A model generated the notes under the pieces. It had not been told where the DNA came from and searched no databases. It worked only from the letters and a program-made list of their open reading frames with translations. The position numbers and the translations under genes were made by a program. 64,000 bases of DNA from NCBI GenBank assembly GCA_965205865.1, contig CBDBHR010000024.1, forward strand, positions 96,001-160,000. Direction: 5' to 3'. Shown here piece after piece: positions 1-9,673 of this stretch. How positions within the stretch are numbered: position 1 is the first letter of the stretch; each line of letters starts with the position of its first letter. Source of the stretch: a bacterium. GTDB taxonomy: Bacteria > SAR324 > NAC60-12.

Positions 1-378
1 ACGGACGGCGCCATCCGGGATGTTGATGAAATGACCAATGCCGGATTCAAAGGAATCGCCCGCCGCTTGTGCGTTGGTCATGGTTTTAACGTTCCCGTCA
101 ACTGGAATTGTGAGGTTCAAGTATTCGGACAAACGGTTCGCCCGGGTCAATTGATTCACGCGGACAAACATGGTTTTCTCGTCATCCCCGACGAAGATTT
201 ACCTCGCATCCTGGAAGCGTCCCGTTTTATGGACAGCAATGAATGTAAAACTGTTATCTCTGCTGCCCGGACGACTGTCGGACTCTCCAAAGAAGAAATT
301 TTACAAAATCTGGGAAATGCGGGACAGGCTTTCGGTCAGGCAGCGCGGGAAAAGCTACGGAGTTCCGGAGAATGGTAA
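1..378 (+). CDS. RraA/HMG-aldolase family protein, 5' end outside window
   Basis: Frame open from base 1 (TDGAIRDVDEM...). DGAIRD and PGQLIHADKHG motifs are typical of the RraA-like family. Confidence 0.8.
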   Translation, partial: TDGAIRDVDEMTNAGFKGIARRLCVGHGFNVPVNWNCEVQVFGQTVRPGQLIHADKHGFLVIPDEDLPRILEASRFMDSNECKTVISAARTTVGLSKEEILQNLGNAGQAFGQAAREKLRSSGEW

Positions 379-458
379 ATTCCCCGGTGCTTGCTTGATT
401 CCAGGTTGTTTCAGAAATTCCTTCTTCCCTCTTTCTACAAATACAAGGAGACGTTTTT

Positions 459-1631
459 ATGAACTCAGACATGCGCCAGTGTTTTCCTCGAGATGCCAAT
501 GGCGCTCTGTTACTTGGCAGAGTCTGGAAAGGCGGGCTTCAAGGCGGACCCTGTATAGTTATCGTCGAAGAAGACCAAGTTTTTGATATCAGCGCCTCCT
601 TCCCTCTGATGGCCGAATTGCTCAACCAATCGGACCTCGACAATCGTCTGCTCCAAACAGGCAAAGAAAGCATGGGGGACGTCTATACGATTCTGGAAAA
701 TAGCGACCCGAATGTACGCAATCCGGAACAACCTTATTTTCTGGCCCCGTGCGATTTGCAGACCATCAAAGCCTGCGGGGTGACTTTTGCAAATTCCATG
801 CTGGAGCGTCTGGTAGAAGAGCAGGCGCAGGGAGATCCTGGCAAAGCCAAACAATTCAGGGACTCGCTGGAAAGTGAGCTGAATATGGACCTGGGCAAAA
901 TCAAACCGGGGTCTCCGGAGGCGGAAAACGTCAAACAAACATTGCTCAAAAAAAATCTCTGGTCTCCTTATCTCGAAGTGGGAATCGGTCCGGATGCCGA
1001 GGTATTTTCCAAAGCCTCTCCCATGTCGGCTATTGGAACCGGCGAAACTTTAGGGATTCGTTCTGATTCCTCATGGAACAATCCGGAGCCGGAAATTGTC
1101 TTGGTTATCAATGCCTCCGGTAAGATCGTGGGCGCCACTCTGGGCAACGACGTGAATTTGCGGGATATCGAAGGACGCAGCGCTTTGTTGCTGGGAAAAG
1201 CCAAGGACAACAATGCCTCCTGTGTCATTGGCCCGTTTGTCCGGCTTTTCAATGATACTTTCTCTTTGCATGACGTGAGGGTGGCTGAAGTGACCGTGGA
1301 GGTGACAGGAGCGGAAGGGTTCACTATAAATGCGCAAAGTACTCTGACAAAGATCAGCAGAGATGTGGAAGACCTCGCAGCCCAGACTATCGGAAAACAT
1401 CATCAATACCCGGATGGACTGATGCTCTTCACCGGCACCTTATTTGCGCCTACTATGGACCGTGATCAGCCTGGTGAAGGATTCACCCACAAGATAGGGG
1501 ACGTCGTCAAAATTGCTTCTCCTCAATTGGGTTGCTTGCTCAATCGCGTTGCTTATTGTCATGACCTGCCTCGCTGGGAATTTGGAAGCATTGCGCTTTT
1601 TCGAAACTTGGCCAAACGCGGATTACTATAA
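459..1631 (+). CDS. Fumarylacetoacetate hydrolase family protein (2-keto-3-deoxy-pentonate dehydratase-like)
   Basis: WNNPEPE, GATLGNDVNLRDIEGRSALLLGKAK and FTGT motifs; AAGGAG RBS. Confidence 0.85.
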   Translation: MNSDMRQCFPRDANGALLLGRVWKGGLQGGPCIVIVEEDQVFDISASFPLMAELLNQSDLDNRLLQTGKESMGDVYTILENSDPNVRNPEQPYFLAPCDLQTIKACGVTFANSMLERLVEEQAQGDPGKAKQFRDSLESELNMDLGKIKPGSPEAENVKQTLLKKNLWSPYLEVGIGPDAEVFSKASPMSAIGTGETLGIRSDSSWNNPEPEIVLVINASGKIVGATLGNDVNLRDIEGRSALLLGKAKDNNASCVIGPFVRLFNDTFSLHDVRVAEVTVEVTGAEGFTINAQSTLTKISRDVEDLAAQTIGKHHQYPDGLMLFTGTLFAPTMDRDQPGEGFTHKIGDVVKIASPQLGCLLNRVAYCHDLPRWEFGSIALFRNLAKRGLL

Positions 1632-1713
1632 AACGCTAGTCTTTTTCTCTTGGATTCCATCGATCCTCCTGAACTCGACTTCTCAGTACCCCCATGGAAA
1701 TTGCAAATCATTA

Positions 1714-2217
1714 TTAATCCATGCCAATGTGGTTCAGTGTTTCGTCTGTTGAATTGATTGTGAATGCCCTGCCAAACCCAACCACGTATTGCCCACTTTC
1801 GGGCCTCAATGCGAATAAATGAAAATCTGCTAATGTGCGTAATATCGCGACAACTTCTCCAAATTTTTCCTGCATCGCTTGCAGTTGAGATTCATAATTT
1901 TCGTCGTCCCGTTTTATTTCCTCGACACGACAGTTAAATACGATACGCTCTCGCGCAAAAAGGTTGCCGGATTCAGATTCCGCACGAATGAACAATACGG
2001 ATGCCTGCTGATTTTTCAGCAAATTCGCAGTATGGTGAGCCAATTCACTGACGTAAATATAAAATGTACCTTCCTGATCTCGCACATAGGGCGCATAGCT
2101 GATTTGAGGAAGACTGTCTGCAGATACGGTTGCCAGGATCAGGGTTTGCTGCGAAGAAATCAATTCATGATAAGCAGTTGTGATCTTTCTCGATTCTTCC
2201 TGGCTGACTTCACTCAT
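1714..2217 (-). CDS. HugZ/HutZ-like pyridoxamine 5'-phosphate oxidase family protein
   Basis: PQISYAPY, YVSELAHHTANL, FARER and VVGFGRAF motifs. Confidence 0.8.
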   Translation of the reverse strand: MSEVSQEESRKITTAYHELISSQQTLILATVSADSLPQISYAPYVRDQEGTFYIYVSELAHHTANLLKNQQASVLFIRAESESGNLFARERIVFNCRVEEIKRDDENYESQLQAMQEKFGEVVAILRTLADFHLFALRPESGQYVVGFGRAFTINSTDETLNHIGMD

Positions 2218-2616
2218 GAGATAGCCTTTTTCACCGTGCAGTTGAAAGCTCTGATTTAACACTCATGGAACAGGCGTATTTCTCCTCATTCCTCTTATCC
2301 GAAGACCGTTGGTCCCCACCATCCTGCCCTTTCTCTTCTCAAACGGATCTCACAAGCCATGCCGAAAATGGACCGCTGAAGATTTTTTCAGCTGACCTCC
2401 ATTGTTTCGCAATTTTCCTGATCCTGACTTGCCAAAAGAATTTTTTAATCTTCCGTATTTTTCCCAATAACTCCTTTTGCTTTATCCATATCATATAAGG
2501 AGCGGATTTTCCTGATTTATTGATTTATTGATTTTTTGTAACTATTTAGGTTTCTTTAGAGCCCCCCTTCGATTTAAGCACGGAATTTGCATAGCATAAA
2601 ATTCAGGAAGGATTTT

Positions 2617-4113
2617 ATGCTCTCGAAATTTCAAAAAAAATATATTAATTCCATTTCATCGACTTCCCTCCTTGAGGCTCTTCAAGAAGCCTGTCAACTC
2701 TTTGAAGAAGAACGGGACCAATGGAAGAAAGAGCGATTAAAACTCCTCGAACGTCTCGAAATGGAAAATAAGCGTATTGAAGCTCTCGAAACAGAAAATA
2801 AGCAACTTCGGGATCAGCTGGCTCTCAACAGCCAAAACTCAAGTAAACCTCCTTCCACCGATCAAAGTCGAAAGAACAAAAGCTTACGTAAAAGCAGGGG
2901 TCGCTCTCGCGGAGGTCAACCCGGTCATAAAGGCCATCATTTGGCTTTCAGTGAATCACCAGATCATGTGGAGCCTCATTTTGTCAACACCTGTGAAACC
3001 TGTGGAGAAGATTTATCCCAGGTGGCGGTTGAGGCCACGCATAAACGTCAGGTCTTTGATCTCCCTGCTCTCCAATTAGAGGTTACTGAACACCAAGTGG
3101 AACAAAAAAATTGTCCCTGCTGCCGGCATCTGAATCACTCGAGCTTTCCAGCAGGGATAGAGGCACCCACTCAATATGGTCCCCGGATCAAAGGCTTAGC
3201 GGTTTATCTCAATCAATATCAGTTTCTGCCCTTTGATCGATGCCAGCAATTCTTTGAGGATCTGTTCGGCCAGCCGCTCAATGCGGCCACGATTTATGCT
3301 AGCCTCCAGCAAGCCGCCCATAGGCTTTATCCTTTCCAACAACAAGTGGCTGAAGCTCTGATTCAAGCGGAGGTGGTTCATTTTGATGAAACCTCTTTGT
3401 TTGAAAACAAACAACGTCGCTGGCTTCATTCAGCCTCTACCGAAGAGCTGACCTTTTATTTTATCCACGACAAACGGGGTCAAGCCGGAATGGATGCTGC
3501 CGGTATCCTGCCTCAGTTTGAAAAGACAGCCATTCATGATCACTGGGAGAGCTACCAGCATTATGAGTGTGATCATGGCTTTTGCAATGCGCATCATTTA
3601 CGTGAACTCTCTCGGGCCTATCAACAAGAAAAGGCCTTGTGGGCTCAGGAGATGAGCGACTTACTGGTAGAGATCAAAGAGCAAGTAGACCAAGCCAAGT
3701 TCAAAGAACAATCTGCTTTGAGTCCAATCCAACTGGATCACTTCCGGCAACGCTATCGTGATATCACCCAAGAAGCCCTTGAGCTCTATCCTCCCCCTCC
3801 TCAAACAAAGAAACGAGGACGCCCCAAACAGAGCAAAGCCAAAAATTTACTCGATCGCTTGATCCTCTATGAAAAGGAAAGCTTGTTATTCATGGATGAC
3901 TTCCGGGTTCCTTTTGACAACAACCAAGCCGAGCGGGATGTGCGCATGGTTAAACTGAAACAAAAAATCTCCGGCGGCTTTCGAACGGCTGAAGGATCTC
4001 GGGCTTTTTGTATCATCCGGGGAGCCATTTCCACTACCAGAAAACAGGGGAAATCCATCCTCGAGTTGCTCACTCAGGCTTTGCATCCTTCACATGCTCC
4101 TCTTTGTTACTGA
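2617..4113 (+). CDS. tnpC: IS66 family transposase
   Basis: NSQNSSKPPS, GGQPGHKG, CxxC zinc finger, HFDET, CNAHHLREL and FDNNQAERDVRMVKLKQKISG motifs. Confidence 0.95.
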   Translation: MLSKFQKKYINSISSTSLLEALQEACQLFEEERDQWKKERLKLLERLEMENKRIEALETENKQLRDQLALNSQNSSKPPSTDQSRKNKSLRKSRGRSRGGQPGHKGHHLAFSESPDHVEPHFVNTCETCGEDLSQVAVEATHKRQVFDLPALQLEVTEHQVEQKNCPCCRHLNHSSFPAGIEAPTQYGPRIKGLAVYLNQYQFLPFDRCQQFFEDLFGQPLNAATIYASLQQAAHRLYPFQQQVAEALIQAEVVHFDETSLFENKQRRWLHSASTEELTFYFIHDKRGQAGMDAAGILPQFEKTAIHDHWESYQHYECDHGFCNAHHLRELSRAYQQEKALWAQEMSDLLVEIKEQVDQAKFKEQSALSPIQLDHFRQRYRDITQEALELYPPPPQTKKRGRPKQSKAKNLLDRLILYEKESLLFMDDFRVPFDNNQAERDVRMVKLKQKISGGFRTAEGSRAFCIIRGAISTTRKQGKSILELLTQALHPSHAPLCY

Positions 4114-4119
4114 AACTCT

Positions 4120-4325
4120 CCTTTTTTTAAACGTTCCGCCCCCTGCGTGGCCAAAAGTATTCATAGCAAACGTAGCATCGTCAATGCGATTTTGTATGTC
4201 CTGAAAACGGCTTGTCAGTGGAGAATGCTTGGCCATGATTTACCTCCCTGGCAAAGCGTTTACGATCATTATCGCCGTTGGAAAAAACGATGGACTGTGG
4301 AGCGAACATTCGCTTTTTGGCTCAT
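4120..4325 (+). pseudogene. Internally deleted IS5-family transposase remnant
   Basis: N-terminal [18 protein letters not shown]...PPWQSVY joined directly to the C-terminal RWTVERTF motif; clearly similar DNA at 9030-9190. Confidence 0.75.
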
Positions 4326-4494
4326 GCCGAAGATGGACCGCAATATATTTTTTTATAGCTGACCTCCATTGTTGCGCAATTCTCCTGATCCAAACTTGCT
4401 ATAGGCTTTGCGCCGCGTAGTAGTGCTGAAATCGTGCCTTGTTGTTTCAGGGAAGGAGAGGACTTCCGCTCGTTTGATTCAAAATTAGCTGTGG

Positions 4495-5040
4495 GAGGGT
4501 TCCCGCTCGATCGAATGAACAATACCGTGAGAGGACTTGAAAACGATGGATTCTTCCCGAGAATCTTTTTTCAATGTTATTGAACTGAACGGCTTCTGAC
4601 TGTCCCCGGATTTGAGTAGATTTATTGATTTTTTGTTTTTTTTTGCGAATCCCGAATTTATTTTACATCAGGGGATTGACATTACATTTTATTGTGTTAT
4701 AATATGTCTTCGTTAAGGTGTTTTTATGAAAGAAGAGGGTTTCCGATCGATTGAACAATATCGTGGGAGGACTTGAAAACGATTGATCTTCCTCGGAAAT
4801 CTTTTTTCAATGTTATTGAACTGAACGGCTTCTGACTGTCCCCGGATTTGAGTAGATTTATTGATTTTTTGTTTTTTTTTTTGCGAATCCCGAATTTATT
4901 TTACATCAGGGGATTGACATTACTATTGTGTTATAATATGTCTTCGTTAAGGTGTTTTTATGAAAGAAGAGGGTTTCCGATCGATTGAACAATATCGTGG
5001 GAGGACTTGAAAACGATCGATCCTCTCCGGGAATCTTTTT
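4495..5040. repeat. ~235-bp tandem repeat, about 2.3 copies
   Basis: GAGGGTT(T/C)CCG...GAACAATA.CGTG.GAGGACTTGAAAACGAT recurs at ~4495, ~4735 and ~4969; the two full units are nearly identical. Confidence 0.9.
4676..4703 (+). promoter_or_regulatory. Near-consensus sigma70 promoter
   Basis: TTGACA-16 bp-TATAAT with extended -10 TG. The second copy (~4914-4937) has a 12-bp spacer. Confidence 0.65.
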
Positions 5041-5476
5041 TAACGATATTTAATAAACGGGTTTTTCAGAGACCTAAATAGTTACGATTTTTTTTGCGAA
5101 TTCCGCATTTATTTTACCTCAGGGGGTTGAAATTGCGTAGTAGTAGTAGTGCTAGTATCGTGCCTTATTGTATTAAGGAAGGAGATGATGCGCAAAAGAT
5201 TGATCCTCTCCAAAAATTTTTTTTAACCGCACCAGCTTATCGGTCATTTCTAATGAAAGAAGGCGTGATGAAAGGTAAAATCAAAAATATCCAATTTAGT
5301 TCACTTCTGAAAAAGGAGAAATGATGAAAGAAAAAATGAAAATGAATCAAAATCAAGTAACTTCTGCCAAAAGAGGACCTATGAAACGTCAAATGAAACA
5401 ATCCACAAAAAATGGGGACACGGAACAAGTCCATGTCCCCACATTTTGCCAAAATCAAAGCGAAAAAGGAGAAACC

Positions 5477-7282
5477 ATGAAAACAAACAAAACCAGAACA
5501 ATCCAAGCAATCCTGCTGGTCCTCATCCTGGGGGTGTTTGCCCTTTCGATGGGTCCGGCAGTCGTGACCGCGCAAGAAATGGTCAAAGACCCCGGTACCG
5601 GCGAGATGGTGACTGCGCCTGAATACGGGGGAACCCTGACCCTCGGCATCGCTAATGAACCAAAAAACATTGACAGCTGGTTGGGCCATCCTTCGACGAT
5701 GAGCTTCACTCCCGTTTTAGAGAAGCTCGGTATCCATGACTGGACAGCCGATAGGAGCGTTTTTCCTTTTGGTTACTTCTCCCCTGCACAATTTGTTAGA
5801 GGAGCGCTGATTGAAAGTTGGGAACAGCCTGACCCGGTGACATATGTCTTGCAGATCCGCAAGGACGTGCGCTGGCACGATAAGGCCCCGATGAACGCTC
5901 GAGCCTTGACGGCTCAAGATGTGGAGTGGAACTATCACCGTTATTTAGGTTTGGGCAGCGGCTTCAGCAAAGGCAGTCCCTTTCTGGCCCAGTGGGGCCC
6001 CCTGGATGATGCGGGGATCGTCTCCGTCGAGGCCACTGATCCATCCACGGTGGTTTTTAAGCTGGCGAAGCCAAACCCGAATGGTTTTACGATTATTTTT
6101 ATCGACAACAACTCTGCGATGATGAACGGCCCTGAGGTGATCCGGCAACACGGTGAGATCGTCAATGAAGAGAAAATCGAAGGCGTTCAAATCCTGACCG
6201 ATTGGCGGCACCTGGTGGGCACCGGCCCCTTTATGATGACGGACTGGAGCAAGGGAACCTCGCTCACCTATCAGAAGAATGCGGACTACTGGGCTCACGA
6301 TGAAAAGTACCCGCGGAACCGCTTGCCCTATGTGGATAGGGTGAAGATGTTGGTCCTGCCGGAGGAAGCCACCCGGCTGGCAGCCCTGCGCGCGGGGAGG
6401 CTCGATTACGTGGGCTGGGTTGGTTGGGCTACGATACAATCGATCGACCAGGTGGAAAACCTGAAAAAGACCAACCCCGACATCCAGCTGTGGGGCAAAG
6501 CAGTGTCCTCGGCCAGTTCGATTGCCTATAACAGCAGCAAACCCCCCTTTACCGACATCAGGGTGCGCCACGCGTTGCAGATGGCGCTGGATCTTGAGAC
6601 TATTAACAAGACCTACTGGAAGGGTTATGCCGATGTGACACCGATAGAGTATTTGGGCACAGGCGTGGTCGGGTATCAAAACCCCTATCAAGAGTGGCCC
6701 GAAGACCTCAAGCAGTACTATCAGTATGATCCGGAAGGGGCGAAAAAGCTCCTCGATCAGGCGGGCTATCCCGTGGGCACGGACGGTTGGCGATTCGAGA
6801 CCGACCTGCAGGTCCGCGATGTCTATGACGTGACCTTCTATGAAATTGCCGCAGAGTCCTTCAGAAAGATTGGGGTGAACGTCAAGATGCTGATAATGGA
6901 TACGACGACCTGGGTCAATCATATCAATAAACGGACTTATGGCATGACTACGCATTCTTCGGGGGCCGATAGGGCCCCTGCCGACATCCTCACCCATGGC
7001 CTCACAACCTCCACCTGGAGCCCTGCCTCCGTGTGGGACCCGTATTATGACTTCCTGGTGGATGCCTTTTTAGCCGGTACCACCGTTGAGGAGCAGCAGA
7101 GGGCCTCGAAAGTGGCATCGTTGTACTTTACCTATCAACACTATTTTCTGTGGGGTGGGAAAGCTCCGGCGTTTAGTGCGGTTCATCCCTGGGTCAAGGG
7201 CTACAACGGTGAACTTGACCTTGGAGGGCTTCAGCCGGGTGCGATCCTGGCTCGTCTCTGGATTGACCAGGATTTGAAGTAA
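5477..7282 (+). CDS. ABC transporter substrate-binding protein, family 5 (peptide/nickel type)
   Basis: AAAGGAG RBS, signal peptide; PEYGGTL, VGTGPF and PPFTDIRVRHALQMALD motifs. Confidence 0.9.
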   Translation: MKTNKTRTIQAILLVLILGVFALSMGPAVVTAQEMVKDPGTGEMVTAPEYGGTLTLGIANEPKNIDSWLGHPSTMSFTPVLEKLGIHDWTADRSVFPFGYFSPAQFVRGALIESWEQPDPVTYVLQIRKDVRWHDKAPMNARALTAQDVEWNYHRYLGLGSGFSKGSPFLAQWGPLDDAGIVSVEATDPSTVVFKLAKPNPNGFTIIFIDNNSAMMNGPEVIRQHGEIVNEEKIEGVQILTDWRHLVGTGPFMMTDWSKGTSLTYQKNADYWAHDEKYPRNRLPYVDRVKMLVLPEEATRLAALRAGRLDYVGWVGWATIQSIDQVENLKKTNPDIQLWGKAVSSASSIAYNSSKPPFTDIRVRHALQMALDLETINKTYWKGYADVTPIEYLGTGVVGYQNPYQEWPEDLKQYYQYDPEGAKKLLDQAGYPVGTDGWRFETDLQVRDVYDVTFYEIAAESFRKIGVNVKMLIMDTTTWVNHINKRTYGMTTHSSGADRAPADILTHGLTTSTWSPASVWDPYYDFLVDAFLAGTTVEEQQRASKVASLYFTYQHYFLWGGKAPAFSAVHPWVKGYNGELDLGGLQPGAILARLWIDQDLK

Positions 7283-7447
7283 TAAAGGCATCAGTCGCTG
7301 TCGCGACTTTGATATCAGTTCTCAGCTATCGGTTTTCAGTTAAAAAAACCTGAATTATCAATATGAATCAGAAGCTGATAGCTGACAGCTAAGGCTATCC
7401 GATTAAAATGGGACAAAATTATGTTTTTGACGATTTTTACTTCACCA

Positions 7448-7558
7448 TGTCATCCTCGCGCAGAGAGGCAGTTTGGCCACATTGTGGCCAAAAAAAACTG
7501 CCGAATGCGGGATCCAGGGTACCTTCCCCTGGATTCCTGATCGTAGTCAGGAATGACA
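7448..7558. repeat. Palindromic intergenic repeat (TGTCAT...ATGACA, REP-like)
   Basis: TGTCATCC...GGATCCAGGG / CCCTGGATTCCTG...CAGGAATGACA; same family as the repeats at 21121 and 21466. Confidence 0.6.
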
Positions 7559-7627
7559 AAGTGTCCCGACTTAAGTGTGTAGCCATAGCTAAAGGCTATG
7601 TCGCGACAGCGACGAACTAGTACACTT

Positions 7628-8583
7628 ATGAGAGCATATATTATTCGCAGGGTGTTGCTGCTTATCCCCACCTTCTTTTTGTTGACCCTGCTGGTCTTCC
7701 TCTCGGTGCGCTTCCTGCCGGGCAACCTCTTGGACACGATGGCCGGGGAAGGGTTTGGGGTACAGAAGCCCACGGACCGTAAAGCGATTGAGCGGATGCT
7801 GGGATTGGACGTGCCGATCCATGCGCAGTATGGCCGCTGGTTGGGAGGTCTGTTGCTGCGCGGCACCCTGGGCCGCTCCATGATCGAGCAAATCCCGGTG
7901 GAGGAGAAGCTATTGGCTCATTTGCCGGTGACCCTCGAGTTGGGGATCCTGGCAATCCTCATCGGTCTCCTGATCGCGCTGCCCGTGGGCATCTATTCGG
8001 CACTGCGCCAGGATACGATCGGCGACTACGCCGGGCGCTCCTTCGCGATTATCGGCCTGGCTACGCCGGACTTCTGGCTGGCAACCATGCTCATTATCTA
8101 CCCGGCCGTCTGGTGGGCCTGGATGCCTCCGTTGGAACTGGTTCCTTTCTCCGAAGACCCCCTTGGGCATCTCGAGATGTTCCTCTTGCCCTGCCTGATT
8201 CTGGGGACGGGCCTGGCGGCCAGCACCATGCGCCTGACCCGTACCATGATGCTGGAGGTCCTGCGGCAAGACTATATCCGCACGCCTGGGCCAAGGGGCT
8301 CAAGGAGAAGATCATTGTCCTCAGACACGCCACTAAAAATGCCCTCATCCCGGTGATGACTCTGATTGGCCTGCAGTTGCCGATCCTGATCGGGGGCTCC
8401 GTGATCCTCGAGAACCTCTTTGCCCTGCCCGGCCTGGGGCGTGTCCTCCTGCTGGCCCTCCAAGAAAGAGACTACCCGGTCGTCTCCGGAGCCAACCTTT
8501 TGTTCGCCGCCCTGGTGATGGCCGGCAATCTCCTCATCGACCTGATTTATCCCTATTTGGACCCCCGGGTCCATTACAAATAA
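7628..8583 (+). pseudogene. DppB/OppB-type ABC permease, frameshifted near 8283
   Basis: MRAYIIRR...EVLRQDYIRT continues in another frame as AWAKGL...RHATKNALIP...YLDPRV. Confidence 0.85.
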
Positions 8584-8599
8584 GCTCCGGTGTCAGGCT

Positions 8600-8920
8600 T
8601 GTCAGGGAACTGACGCTGGGCGTGTTTGCTGCGGTTATAACGCTATTCTGCTTGTTGACTGCCATTTTCCCGATTTATTGCCCCCTTATGGAATGAACGA
8701 GATTGGCGTGGTAGATAGGCTGACTTCCCCCCTGGAATGAATTCCCTGCCGGGCTCGGACCACTTGGGACGGGTCGTTTTCAGCCCTGTTATCCACGCTG
8801 ACCGCATCTCTGTCATTGCAGGTCTGGGCGCAACCACCATTGCTACTACAATCTCGACGCTGATTTGCGTGCTTTCCGCAAACGTCGGTGGTATACTCGA
8901 CACAGTGTTGCAGAGGTTTA
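8600..8920 (+). pseudogene. Degenerate DppC/OppC permease 5' remnant
   Basis: Fragments GSDHLGRVVFS and RISVIAGLGA...GGILDTVLQRF, with stops and frameshifts. Confidence 0.6.
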
Positions 8921-8981
8921 GAATCCGCTTGGTAAATTAATTGCTTGTCTTTTAAATTTCCATTTTTTCAAAAGGAGACAG

Positions 8982-9293
8982 ATGTATTCAAGCGACTTAA
9001 GCGATCAAGAATGGTTTGAGATTGAACATTTTTTTAAACGTTCCGACCCCCGCGGGGCCATAAATATTCATGACAAACATACCATCGTCAATGCGATTTT
9101 GTATGTCGTGAAAACGGGTTGTCAGTGGAGAATGCTTCCTCATGATTTTCCTCCCTGGCAAACCGTTTACGACCATTACCGCCGATGGAGTCAAAGAGGG
9201 ATCTGGCAACAAGTTTGGGATTCCCAGAATGTCCGGGCTCGCCTGAAACAAGCCAGGAAGGACAGCCCCGGGCCTGACAGGCGGTTATCATAG
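8982..9293 (+). pseudogene. IS5-family transposase, N-terminal part only
   Basis: [11 protein letters not shown]...[29 protein letters not shown]; no DDE core follows. Confidence 0.85.
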
Positions 9294-9433
9294 AGAGGGG
9301 AAAGCATGTCATGTTCGTGGCCTGCCAATTGAGAGAAAATTGGTTGCTCGTTCTTATGGATTCAAGGCATAATCAAGGCATGTTAAAATTTGTTTTAGAG
9401 CGATCCGCAAATGTATGAGAGGGAATACCGAGA

Positions 9434-9673
9434 ATGGAAGAAACAATTGAGGTTGATCCGGAAAAGCTGGCAGGTACTCCTTGTTTTAAAGGAACGCGGG
9501 TTCCCATAGAGAATCTATTTGATTACCTTGAAGAAGGTGAAATCGTAGAGGAATTTATTGAGGATTTCCCCCCAATTTCCCATCAGCGGAAGCTAAAGAA
9601 AGAGGAAATGCAGTCAAAGTTTAAGGCTCTGTTTGCGTTTAGCATTGGTCACCCCAAAGCACAGTTGAGATAG
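9434..9673 (+). CDS. DUF433 family (antitoxin-like) protein, 3' end altered by IS1595 insertion
   Basis: DPEKLAGTPCFKGTRVPIENLFDYL...EDFP motif. Confidence 0.75.
   Translation: MEETIEVDPEKLAGTPCFKGTRVPIENLFDYLEEGEIVEEFIEDFPPISHQRKLKKEEMQSKFKALFAFSIGHPKAQLR

Larger units (their letters stand above)
2538..5085 (+). mobile_element. IS66-family (single-ORF, ISBst12-like) element with ~1 kb 3' cargo
   Basis: Left end GTAACTATTTAGGT (2538), right end ACCTAAATAGTTAC (ends 5085); 8-bp duplication GATTTTTT at 2530-2537 and 5086-5093. Confidence 0.9.

Noticed and set aside
4099-4110. IS66 right end immediately at the transposase stop
   Set aside because: Poor IR match and no target duplication; the end at 5085 has both.
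4495-5040. CRISPR array
   Set aside because: Whole ~235-bp units are duplicated; there are no unique spacers and no cas genes.
5945-6997. 350-aa antisense ORF and similar shadow ORFs (e.g. 9808, 28722, 29802, 41985)
   Set aside because: They lie opposite well-supported genes and show no recognisable motifs.
7315-7395. Short CTGATAG/CTGACAG heptamer inverted repeats
   Set aside because: Too short and degenerate to assign a function.
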